64,000 nt of DNA from an uncultured Dehalococcoidia bacterium (GTDB lineage Bacteria; Chloroflexota; Dehalococcoidia; DSTF01; JALHUB01), in the NCBI GenBank assembly GCA_964565775.1, contig CAZMGB010000006.1:9403-73402 (forward strand), read 5' to 3'. Positions 18,693 through 25,681 of the stretch are shown piece after piece. Position 1 is the first letter of the stretch, and every line of letters starts with the position of its first letter. The position numbers and the translations under genes were made by a program. The notes under the pieces are model-generated. The model saw only the letters and a list, made by a program, of their open reading frames with translations. It was not told where the DNA came from and ran no database searches.

Positions 18693-19912
18693 CAGTGACC
18701 TCCTCCGCTCACCGCAGCCAGCCCGAACACACTGCCCGGAGCCAGCAACAGGTCAAACAGCAACTTCACCATCACGAGAACCACGATGATACCCAGGATC
18801 GTCCGCAACTGGTGGCCTTCCAAGCGGCCGCTCATCCGCGCTCCCATCTGGGCGCCGATGGCAGCGCCGAACATCAGTAGCACTGCGAGCAGGATGTCGA
18901 CGTTGTGGTTCGTGATGGCCTGCTGGAACGCCACATTCGTCGACGTGAACACTATCTGGAACAGGTCCGTCCCCACTGCCACGTGCGTTGGAATGCCGAG
19001 GACGTAGATCATGGACGGCACCATGATGAAGCCACCGCCCACGCCCATGATGGCGGCCAGGAACCCGACGCCCAAGCCCATCCCGGCGGGGAAGAGAGCC
19101 GACACCCGTATCCCCGCCTTGTTGTACTCCGTTTGCAGTGGCAGCCGGGCCACAAAGCGACGGAATCTACTTTCCTTCTTCGGCTTCTCTTCCTCGGCGA
19201 GCTTGACTCTCAGGTCCTCAAAGCCTTCGTCCACGAGGCTCTGGATAGCTCGGGTTCGGGAGCTACGGATCCATGTCCGCACGGATTCCCGCAGCATTAG
19301 GGTACCCATGGTGCCCAACATGACGACGTAGACCACCCGGACCCAGAAGTCGAAGTTGCCCATCTCGCGCAGGATGCTCACAACCCGCACGCCGAGGGTA
19401 CCGCCAAGAATGCTCCCCAGCAGGATCGTCACTCCCAGCTTGATATCGACGTTGCCCAGCCGTGAGTGAGCAAGCGCCCCCGACGAGCCGGTGCCCGCGA
19501 TCTGCGCACTGTCCGTGCCCACCGCCACCGCAGAGGGAACGCCGATCGTCATCAGCAGGGGCGTCATGAGGAAGCCGCCACCTACCCCGGTCATCCCCGA
19601 GAGGATGCCGACCGCGAAGCCAGCGCCCACCACCATGACAACATTCATGCTCTTGTCCGCCACCGGCAGGTACACCGTTAGCGTCGTGACGTTGGGCAAG
19701 GGTATCGCCCCTGCTGCCGCCCCCGCCAGCAGGACGAGCACTACCACCCCCGCAAGGAGTAGGGCGACGCCGCTCGGGCCCAGTGCCTGCGCGGCAGGCG
19801 GCAGGACACGCATTCGCCGGGGGACGGCAGGCGCCACCACCCCCCGTATGAGTGCCTGGTCTTCCCTGGTCAGTTCGACGGTCTCACTCGGCGGTCTCGA
19901 GGTTGCACGCAT
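18692..19912 (-). CDS. TauE/SafE (TSUP) permease with about 100-aa N-terminal extension (cassette 1)
   Basis: GVGGGFLMTPLL and GVGGGFIMVPSM motifs. The N-terminus TVELTREDQALIRGVVAP is shared with cassette 3. Confidence 0.8.
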   Translation of the reverse strand: MRATSRPPSETVELTREDQALIRGVVAPAVPRRMRVLPPAAQALGPSGVALLLAGVVVLVLLAGAAAGAIPLPNVTTLTVYLPVADKSMNVVMVVGAGFAVGILSGMTGVGGGFLMTPLLMTIGVPSAVAVGTDSAQIAGTGSSGALAHSRLGNVDIKLGVTILLGSILGGTLGVRVVSILREMGNFDFWVRVVYVVMLGTMGTLMLRESVRTWIRSSRTRAIQSLVDEGFEDLRVKLAEEEKPKKESRFRRFVARLPLQTEYNKAGIRVSALFPAGMGLGVGFLAAIMGVGGGFIMVPSMIYVLGIPTHVAVGTDLFQIVFTSTNVAFQQAITNHNVDILLAVLLMFGAAIGAQMGARMSGRLEGHQLRTILGIIVVLVMVKLLFDLLLAPGSVFGLAAVSGGGH

Positions 19913-19988
19913 ACCGTTTTCCCCTTCTCTCGGCCGGCGCCGCCGGTCTCGCGGTCGCTGCCTGAGAGCCCCCGCATCCTCGTGGCAC

Positions 19989-20018
19989 TTGCGCCCTAGA
20001 GCCGTGCCACGCTAGAAT
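19989..20018 (+). promoter_or_regulatory. sigma70-like promoter, copy 1 (TTGCGC-N18-TAGAAT), pointing away from the cassette operon
   Basis: The same hexamers at the same spacing recur at 23629 and 26974. The selA upstream region also has TGATAGAAT. Confidence 0.45.
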
Positions 20019-20023
20019 GCACG

Positions 20024-20095
20024 CGGTGACCCTCGCTCCATCGGGGCTCGCCATCATGGACCGTTGGTGGCGTCATCACCGGCGGTCCATTCCTT
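20024..20095 (+). ncRNA. candidate structured small RNA, copy 1 (P1 GGUGA/UCGCC enclosing a C-rich loop, then a 12-bp hairpin)
   Basis: Hairpin GGACCGTTGGTG (20058-20069), loop GCGTCAT, CACCGGCGGTCC (20077-20088). Differences between copies are G-U compatible only on the + strand. No transcript evidence. Confidence 0.35.
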
Positions 20096-20184
20096 GCGTC
20101 TTCCGCGCTAGGTCACAGACAATTGTCGATCCCGACAGATTGAGGTGACCCGCGACTCAAGGATGGCACAAGCCTATGGGCGTC

Positions 20185-20272
20185 GCATGAAGGCTAGGCC
20201 AGGTTATGGTGAAATAGCCCACAAGATTACCTGAAGTATGCGTGAAGCCTACATGAAGATTCCATGAAGGCA
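20185..20272. promoter_or_regulatory. helically phased array of 8 consecutive 11-bp units with core NTGAAG, copy 1
   Basis: Cores at 20187 ATGAAG, 20198 GCCAGG, 20209 GTGAAA, 20220 CACAAG, 20231 CTGAAG, 20242 GTGAAG, 20253 ATGAAG and 20264 ATGAAG. Confidence 0.6.
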
Positions 20273-20373
20273 AACCGCTATCGGCTGGCTCGTAGAATCA
20301 AATGCTAGGGAAAGAGCCGCCACGCGCCCTACCGCAACACCTGGCTCGTTAGCATTAGCAAAACGCGACGACG

Positions 20374-20416
20374 GCGTGAAAATACCGTGGGGATAGTATG
20401 AAGAGTTCGTGAAGAG
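20374..20416. promoter_or_regulatory. second short phased array (4 x 11 bp) upstream of cassette 1
   Basis: Cores at 20376 GTGAAA, 20387 GTGGGG, 20398 ATGAAG and 20409 GTGAAG. Confidence 0.45.
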
Positions 20417-20639
20417 CCGCGCGGCACACCGGTCTAGCCGCTACAGCGTGGCTCGAAAGGACCATCCGCCCCTGCTTCGAAGCCCGCCACACACTCGGCG
20501 ACACTGTCCCAAAGTGCTCCAGGCTCTCTCAGCCGCTTCCAGACCTCAAGCGAGGCCCTTCTTCGAGGAATAGCCGGCGACAGACAGGGGAAGTTGAGAG
20601 AGGACGACTGGTCTTCCGTAGAGGGTTAGGCTGGAACTC

Positions 20640-21455
20640 TCAGTACCCTTCGGCCAGCCACTCACCCGAGATTGTGGCCATGGATGCCGGCAAGGGTATG
20701 GTGTCCCAGGGCTGGCCCAGGCGACGCAGCATGCCAACGTTCCATATGCGGACGGAGTCTTGCCATCCCACAACGTCTCGCACGTGACGGGCTATCCTGT
20801 TGCACAGCTCCAGAAGGACGCTCCAGTCAAGGCTCAGACCCTGCCCGAGGTAGTGGTACTTTTCGTCGCCAGCGAGGGCCCACGGCGCATCCACGTCGGG
20901 AATATCAGGGCATACGATATCCACCCTCCCCTCACCGTGCGGCTCGAGCAGAATCTTCTCAACACGACACTGCCGAGCGAGGTCGACGAACACTTGCGAG
21001 AGGCCCGCCTCCTGGCCCAGGGGCTTAGTGATGCGACCGCCAACCCACGTCACACCTGCGATCTCGCCTCCAAGCACGCCCAGGAACTTTCCCTCCCTCA
21101 CCACCTGGGTCCGCGCCTTGACCGCCTCGCTGGACTCATCCGCGAGCGGCCCGTCCAGAAAAATGCCAAAGCGGCAGTCAAACCAGTGACACCCGAATGC
21201 CGCGTGTCGCGTCAGCTCTATGCGACTGACCTCCTCGCCCGCGAGCAGAATCACCGCCCGTGATCGAGGTGTCCCCAGGAGGCCTTTCTGCCGTTCTATG
21301 ACCATCCTGCATCTCACGCCTTCGCTGCGGAGATGCTGGGCGACCGCCTCTACCAGCTCGGTGTCTTTCATGGCGGATACCTTTCCCTCAAGCCGCCTCT
21401 CCCGCAATCGTGCGGGCCGCGACAACGCAGGCGGTTCAGGATTGGAGATGTTCAC
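20640..21455 (-). CDS. hypothetical protein, translationally coupled to the cassette-2 DsrC-like gene
   Basis: 271-aa ORF whose GTG start overlaps the upstream stop (GTGA). No recognisable motif. Confidence 0.45.
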   Translation of the reverse strand: MNISNPEPPALSRPARLRERRLEGKVSAMKDTELVEAVAQHLRSEGVRCRMVIERQKGLLGTPRSRAVILLAGEEVSRIELTRHAAFGCHWFDCRFGIFLDGPLADESSEAVKARTQVVREGKFLGVLGGEIAGVTWVGGRITKPLGQEAGLSQVFVDLARQCRVEKILLEPHGEGRVDIVCPDIPDVDAPWALAGDEKYHYLGQGLSLDWSVLLELCNRIARHVRDVVGWQDSVRIWNVGMLRRLGQPWDTIPLPASMATISGEWLAEGY

Positions 21456-21937
21456 AGAGGGAGACCGCTCCTCCCTGCGCTACCATCGTGGAACTCGGCA
21501 TCCGTGAGGCGCTCCCACCAGTTACGCGTCATCAACTGCTGCGCTATAGACAGCTCTCGTCCGTTGCCATATCTCCTGGTGCCCGGGAGACCGGATATGC
21601 GGCGCGCAGTCATCAAGCCGCCGGGGAAGAGGCGGGAGAACTGCTTCTTCGTCATGCCCAGCGCGTTGCAGGTAAACCGTAGCGAAGGGGCATTGTCGGT
21701 GGCGTTGTAGTAGACCCGCATGTAGTCGATTACGCGCCAGTGGTCGCTCGTCAGCTCGCGGGGCCAGCCCCTCAGCCCTTGACGACGGGCCAGGTACAGG
21801 GCAGCTCCCGGCGTCCACTGAGAGGGGTCTGTCATGAAGCCCCGCTCATTGACCTCAACCGGCGTTTCCTGTACCGCCGCGCCAGCCTCAGTGGCTGCAT
21901 GCGTCCTATTGCTTCGGACGGTTGTCATCGTAACCAC
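21452..21937 (-). CDS. DsrC/TusE-like protein lacking redox Cys, one WWERLT tail motif (cassette 2)
   Basis: Paralog of 16953..17735 (ETPVEVNERGFMTDPSQWTPGAALYLARRQGL..., tail SIAQQLMTRNWWERLTDAE). RBS GGGAGGTGGG. Confidence 0.75.
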   Translation of the reverse strand: MVTMTTVRSNRTHAATEAGAAVQETPVEVNERGFMTDPSQWTPGAALYLARRQGLRGWPRELTSDHWRVIDYMRVYYNATDNAPSLRFTCNALGMTKKQFSRLFPGGLMTARRISGLPGTRRYGNGRELSIAQQLMTRNWWERLTDAEFHDGSAGRSGLPL

Positions 21938-22054
21938 GATCCCACCTCCCTCGGCCGTCTCCGGCCCGCTACCGAGCTGCTCACCCCTGGAGCGGTCCCG
22001 CCAGCTAGCCGTTCGCCCGTGCTACCTCCTCCGGGCCGGACACCCATCCAGACG

Positions 22055-22130
22055 TTGGTGGTCGGCCCGCCGCCGAGGGAACACGAGTTCGGTGCCCAGC
22101 CCGGCGCCCACGACAATGCGCAGGGATACC
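22055..22130 (-). pseudogene. 3' remnant (about 25 codons) of a TIGR02186-like cassette gene
   Basis: Aligns with the last codons of 24818..25681 (..VFPRRRADH) with the stop mutated to CAA. It lies directly after the stop of the cassette-2 permease. Confidence 0.5.
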
Positions 22131-22132
22131 TC

Positions 22133-23230
22133 CTACCCACCGATAGCTTCAGCAGCTCTCGTACCCTCGAGGATCAGCCTCGCCCGCTGGCGCAGCTCTT
22201 CTTCTCTCTTGCCCTTGAACATGGCTCGAATGATGAGACCGCCGGCGATGAAGAGAGTCCCGTAGAGCACCACTCGACTCACGTTTTCCAGCAAATCGTA
22301 TGTCGTGCCACCCACGCTTATGACCCCCAGGTCCGACAGGTATGCAGGAATCATCACCGCTCTGCTGACCGAGGCCAGGAGCATGATGACAGCGGTGACG
22401 AGCTTGATCATGTATTGTCTGACATAGCTTGTGCCGAGAGCGCCGACTTGCACGCCGACCAGGGAACCAGCCAGGATAATGACGGTCAACCGAAGGTCGA
22501 CGAACCCACGTATCGCCCACTCGTAAGTGCCCTCCGCTCCCATACAGAAGGCGACGATCAGCTCGGTTCCGCTGGCCACAAAGGCGGGGGCGCCGACCAC
22601 GTAGATCATCGCCGGCACGCCGATGAATCCGCCAACGGCTATCGTCGCGGCAAGCATGCCGGTGGCGAAGCCCAGAGGCACCGTGACCCACACTGAGACC
22701 TTCGCGTCCGCCTTCTTGAAATACACCATTGGCGGCAGGTTAAGGCGGGCCACCCGTTTGGCGAAGCTCGGCACCACGTCATCGACGTCCCTGCGCGCCG
22801 CCTTGCGAGCGTCCATCAGCATGTACGTCGCGACGGTAAACAGTACGACCACGAAGGTCACACTGATATAGAGGTCTGAGCCAGCGTCACCCCAGGCGTC
22901 CAGAATGATGTTCTGGATCTGCACACCCACCTTCACGCCAGCGATGGCGGACACAGCCATCACCAACCCCAGCTTCAGGTCGACGTGGCCAAGCTTTCTC
23001 CTCCGCCAGGCCCCAACAAGGGCCTTGGGGAACTTGTGCGCCATATTGCTGGCCACAGCTACGGATCCCGGTACCCCCAGGTTCATCATGCCCGGTGTCA
23101 GCACGAACGCGCCGCCGCTGCCGATGAAGCCGCTCAACATCCCGCCCAGAAAGCCGAGCGTGAACAGAGCCAGTACGGTTAGCAGCCCGATGTCGATGAA
23201 GGATATGTCCCCGTTTGCGGCAGACTCCAT
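22133..23230 (-). CDS. TauE/SafE (TSUP) permease (cassette 2, subtype like paralog 0)
   Basis: GSGGAFVLTPGM and an IAVGGFIGVPAM half-repeat, with a central loop motif (LNLPPMVYF) like IPLWPMIYL of paralog 0. Confidence 0.8.
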   Translation of the reverse strand: MESAANGDISFIDIGLLTVLALFTLGFLGGMLSGFIGSGGAFVLTPGMMNLGVPGSVAVASNMAHKFPKALVGAWRRRKLGHVDLKLGLVMAVSAIAGVKVGVQIQNIILDAWGDAGSDLYISVTFVVVLFTVATYMLMDARKAARRDVDDVVPSFAKRVARLNLPPMVYFKKADAKVSVWVTVPLGFATGMLAATIAVGGFIGVPAMIYVVGAPAFVASGTELIVAFCMGAEGTYEWAIRGFVDLRLTVIILAGSLVGVQVGALGTSYVRQYMIKLVTAVIMLLASVSRAVMIPAYLSDLGVISVGGTTYDLLENVSRVVLYGTLFIAGGLIIRAMFKGKREEELRQRARLILEGTRAAEAIGG

Positions 23231-23233
23231 CGG

Positions 23234-23554
23234 TTATCCCTTCTTGAGTTCCCGGATGCCGAGAAGCTCGAGCAAGGCGCCGGCAAAGCTCCCGTGGATC
23301 ACGCTGAAGGTCAGCGCCAGGCCAAGCACTGCCATAGCGCCGCCGATCGTGCCGGATGTGAGGCGAGGGAAGATGTCCTCGATGAAGCCGAAAAACAGCC
23401 CATACGCCGCAATGGAGGCGGCCCCAAACACGATGAGCCCAACAAGCGAGCGCGAGCGCCCCGCTCGACGTACGACAGCAACCTGCCGGACAAGCTCTTG
23501 GTCTGATCTGACCAGTTCCTCTGTCCTAGTCGTGGGTACCGCAATCCCAACCAT
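23234..23554 (-). CDS. small two-TM membrane protein preceding the cassette-2 permease
   Basis: Start re-called to ATG 23554 (RBS AAGGAGAAG). The longer track ORF would run through the conserved non-coding element. The N-terminus TEELVRSDQELVRQV resembles the N-terminal extension of the cassette 1 and 3 permeases. Confidence 0.55.
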   Translation of the reverse strand: MVGIAVPTTRTEELVRSDQELVRQVAVVRRAGRSRSLVGLIVFGAASIAAYGLFFGFIEDIFPRLTSGTIGGAMAVLGLALTFSVIHGSFAGALLELLGIRELKKG

Positions 23555-23628
23555 CGACTTCTCCTTGCCTACTGATGCCTTGCACGACCCCGGCGGCACG
23601 TACCCGGAAAGCACGCATCGCGACCAAG

Positions 23629-23658
23629 TTGCGCGCTCCGGGTCCGCAGTGCTACAAT
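23629..23658 (+). promoter_or_regulatory. sigma70-like promoter, copy 2 (TTGCGC-N18-TACAAT with TG extension)
   Basis: TTGCGC at 23629-23634 and TGCTACAAT ending at 23658. Confidence 0.45.
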
Positions 23659-23663
23659 GCACG

Positions 23664-23735
23664 TGGCGATCCCCCTGCAGTGGAGCTCGCCATCTCGGGC
23701 CGCTGGTGGCGCTAACACCGGCGGTCCCTTGCATA
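23664..23735 (+). ncRNA. candidate structured small RNA, copy 2
   Basis: P1 GGCGA (23665-23669) / TCGCC (23687-23691). Hairpin GGGCCGCTGGTG (23697-23708), loop GCGCTAA, CACCGGCGGTCC (23716-23727). Confidence 0.35.
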
Positions 23736-23794
23736 TGTATTCCGCGTTCGGTCACATACCGTTGCCGCTACCGACGAGCACGGGTGGCCGACAA

Positions 23795-23910
23795 ATGAAG
23801 CATGTCACAACCTTGCGTAGCTCGCATGAACGCTGCCGCAAGCCTTCATGAAAAAGGCCCCAAGACTCCGTGCAGATAGCATGAGGTCTACATGAGTCCT
23901 CGATGAACCC
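23795..23910. promoter_or_regulatory. 11-bp phased NTGAAG-type array, copy 2
   Basis: ATGA cores at 23826, 23848, 23881, 23892 and 23903 are all in one 11-bp register, with weaker cores between them. An out-of-register ATGAAG-N5-CACAA at 23795 is homologous to 27130 in copy 3. Confidence 0.55.
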
Positions 23911-24149
23911 GCCGGAGCCTCTGGCTACAGTCCGGACTCAAACCCCACAGCGTGAGCCGCCACGAAGCCTGCGACGAGACGCGGCCGACTGGCCGCCGTC
24001 GCAGTCACGCTAACCTTAGACCAGGGCCAGGTTAGTGTTAGCGGAGTGCCAGAACAGAGTGAGGCGGAAGTGAGGAACGTATTAGGATTAGATGAAGCTA
24101 TGGAAGCGTCGGGCAGAAGACCGGTTCAGCCGCTATGGCGAGGTTCGGA

Positions 24150-24229
24150 GCGAAGGCGGCACCGTAGAGGCACTCACCCACCCTCCTCCGGCATGTAGCC
24201 CACCCCGCGCATCGTCTGGACGACGTGGC
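24150..24229 (-). pseudogene. scar of a deleted two-component system: last ~17 codons of an OmpR-type RR plus first ~7 codons of the HK
   Basis: The minus strand reads ..VVQTMRGVGYMPEEGG-stop-GTG-PLRCRL, against the intact junction at 28640-28700 (..LIQTIRAVGYMLKEGA-stop-GTG-PLRLRL). Confidence 0.55.
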
Positions 24230-24733
24230 TCAGAGCTTCGGAGGAACGCGCTGCAGGGGTGCGTCACGCGGGATTCCATCCTCTTCGGACCCAGCACCCG
24301 TGAGGCGCTCCCACCAGTCGCGTGTCATCAACTGCTGCGCTATCGACACTTCCCGTCGGTTGGCGGACCTTCTCGGCCCCGGAAGACCGGATATGCGGCG
24401 CACGGTCATCAGGCCACCGGGGAAGAGGCGGGTGAAGTGCCTCTTCGTCATGCCCAGCGCACGGCAGGTGTACCGGAGCGAAGGGGCATTGCCGGTGGCC
24501 TCATAGTAGACCCGCATGTAGTCGATAACACGCCAGTGGTCGCTCGTCAGCTCATGGGGCCAGTCCTTGAGCCCCTGATGACGGGCCAGGTACAGGGCAG
24601 CTCCCGGCGTCCACTGAGAGGGGTCTGTCATGAAGCCCCGCTCATTGACCTCAACCGGCGTTTCCTGTACCGCCGCGACAGCCTCAGTTGCAGCCTGCGT
24701 CTTACTGTCTCCGACGGTTGTCATCCTGTTCAT
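24230..24733 (-). CDS. DsrC/TusE-like protein lacking redox Cys, one WWERLT tail motif (cassette 3)
   Basis: Paralog of the other two (MNRMTTV..., tail SIAQQLMTRDWWERLTGAG). Confidence 0.75.
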   Translation of the reverse strand: MNRMTTVGDSKTQAATEAVAAVQETPVEVNERGFMTDPSQWTPGAALYLARHQGLKDWPHELTSDHWRVIDYMRVYYEATGNAPSLRYTCRALGMTKRHFTRLFPGGLMTVRRISGLPGPRRSANRREVSIAQQLMTRDWWERLTGAGSEEDGIPRDAPLQRVPPKL

Positions 24734-24817
24734 AATCCCACCTCCCTCGGCCGTCTCCGGCCCGCAGCTAGCCGCTCGCCTGTGCTACCTCTTCCGAGCC
24801 ACACGCCCATCCAGGCG

Positions 24818-25681
24818 TCAGTGGTCGGCCCGCCGCCGAGGGAACACGAATCCGGTGGCCAGCCCGACGGCGATGATGATGCCCAGGCACAACGCGCCGT
24901 AGAGCGGAGCTTTGTCCTTCGCCATCGAGCCGAGCGAGTCCACCAAGCCGGCCTTCCTGACACTGAAGGTCGCCGAGTCGGACCCGACCACCTGGCCATC
25001 CTTGATGCAATACGAGTCCACGGTGTAGTCACCGAGCGGGGCATCCCAAGACAGGCTAACCCACGTCTCCCATCGCCCATTCTTCAGATGGATGACGTTA
25101 TCGCCCGGCGCCGTGCCGGCCGCCGTGTCCCCCACACTGGCCGCGGCCACCGGTAGCGCGCCCTGACAGCTCGGGCACGCGACGTAGCGGCCGTCCCTGA
25201 TGTACATGTCACGGAGCCCCGCTATGAACTCCGCCGCCTTATCCTCCGAGACCGCCGTCCCCTCACCCGGGTCGACCGCCCGGGCCTGGCTCACGATAGA
25301 CGCGGACATGGGGTCCACGCCCAGTCGGAGCTGCTCTTCCTGGCTCAAGATCTTGTCTATCTCGTCCGAGCTGTAGACCACGTGGAAGGCCGGCATGTTC
25401 TCAACCTGAGCGTGGCCGACGGTCATCCAGAAGAGTCCCAGCACCTTGCCCTTCTTGCTTACCTTCACGGAGTCCGTCGGCCCGTCGACCTTGAGAACCA
25501 CCTGCGTACCCTCGGGCGCCGTCCCATAGACGTGTACGTCGTACCCCGTGAAGTCCAACCCAACGTCCACGACGCTCGGCGAGACGCTCATGGTCGGCCC
25601 CTCGTCAGCCCACGCCGACTGCGCCGTCGCGGTCAAGAAGGTGGCGAGGAGAAGAGAAACGAAGCACAGGAGCGCACGCAT
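24818..25681 (-). CDS. exported protein with C-terminal TM anchor, possibly TIGR02186/Alph_Pro_TM-like (cassette 3)
   Basis: 287-aa paralog of 17853..18692 (VSPSVVDVGLDFTGYDVHVYGTAP..., C-terminal GFVFPRRRADH). Confidence 0.6.
   Translation of the reverse strand: MRALLCFVSLLLATFLTATAQSAWADEGPTMSVSPSVVDVGLDFTGYDVHVYGTAPEGTQVVLKVDGPTDSVKVSKKGKVLGLFWMTVGHAQVENMPAFHVVYSSDEIDKILSQEEQLRLGVDPMSASIVSQARAVDPGEGTAVSEDKAAEFIAGLRDMYIRDGRYVACPSCQGALPVAAASVGDTAAGTAPGDNVIHLKNGRWETWVSLSWDAPLGDYTVDSYCIKDGQVVGSDSATFSVRKAGLVDSLGSMAKDKAPLYGALCLGIIIAVGLATGFVFPRRRADH

Noticed and set aside
20017-20148. Short peptides (42-43 aa) encoded from the ATG inside TAGAATG in copies 1 and 3 of the conserved element (MHAVTLAPSGLAIMDRWW.. 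/ MRAATLPPLELAILGRRW..)
   Set aside because: Copy 2 has a 1-nt indel that destroys the frame while the nucleotide sequence and stem pairing are kept. The ATG overlaps the -10 hexamer, so it would not be in the transcript. The similarity simply reflects DNA conservation.
19913-20184. A minus-strand sigma70 promoter for the cassette operons inside the conserved element
   Set aside because: TTGACA occurs only in copy 3 and has no usable -10. The shared T(A/C)TGTGA(C/A)C box lacks the invariant final T of a -10. No minus-strand hexamer pair is conserved in all three copies, so the cassette promoter remains unidentified.
20185-20416. Could the periodic repeats (11-bp arrays here, 92-bp units at 50081-50330) be CRISPR arrays?
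   Set aside because: The 11-bp units have no spacers. The 92-bp units consist of a palindromic element plus decayed copies of a gene end, not unique spacers. There are no cas genes in the window.
23555-23755. N-terminal extensions of track ORFs 23234..23755, 25681..27075 and 16953..17840
   Set aside because: The extensions are not shared between paralogs, lack an RBS and read through the conserved non-coding element. Downstream ATGs with strong RBSs match the paralog N-termini.
21740-25156. Long + strand ORFs (21740..22696, 22905..23798, 24092..25156, 25684..26472)
   Set aside because: All are antisense to the minus-strand cassette genes, which have paralog support, RBSs and family motifs. 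They run across gene boundaries and across the conserved non-coding element.
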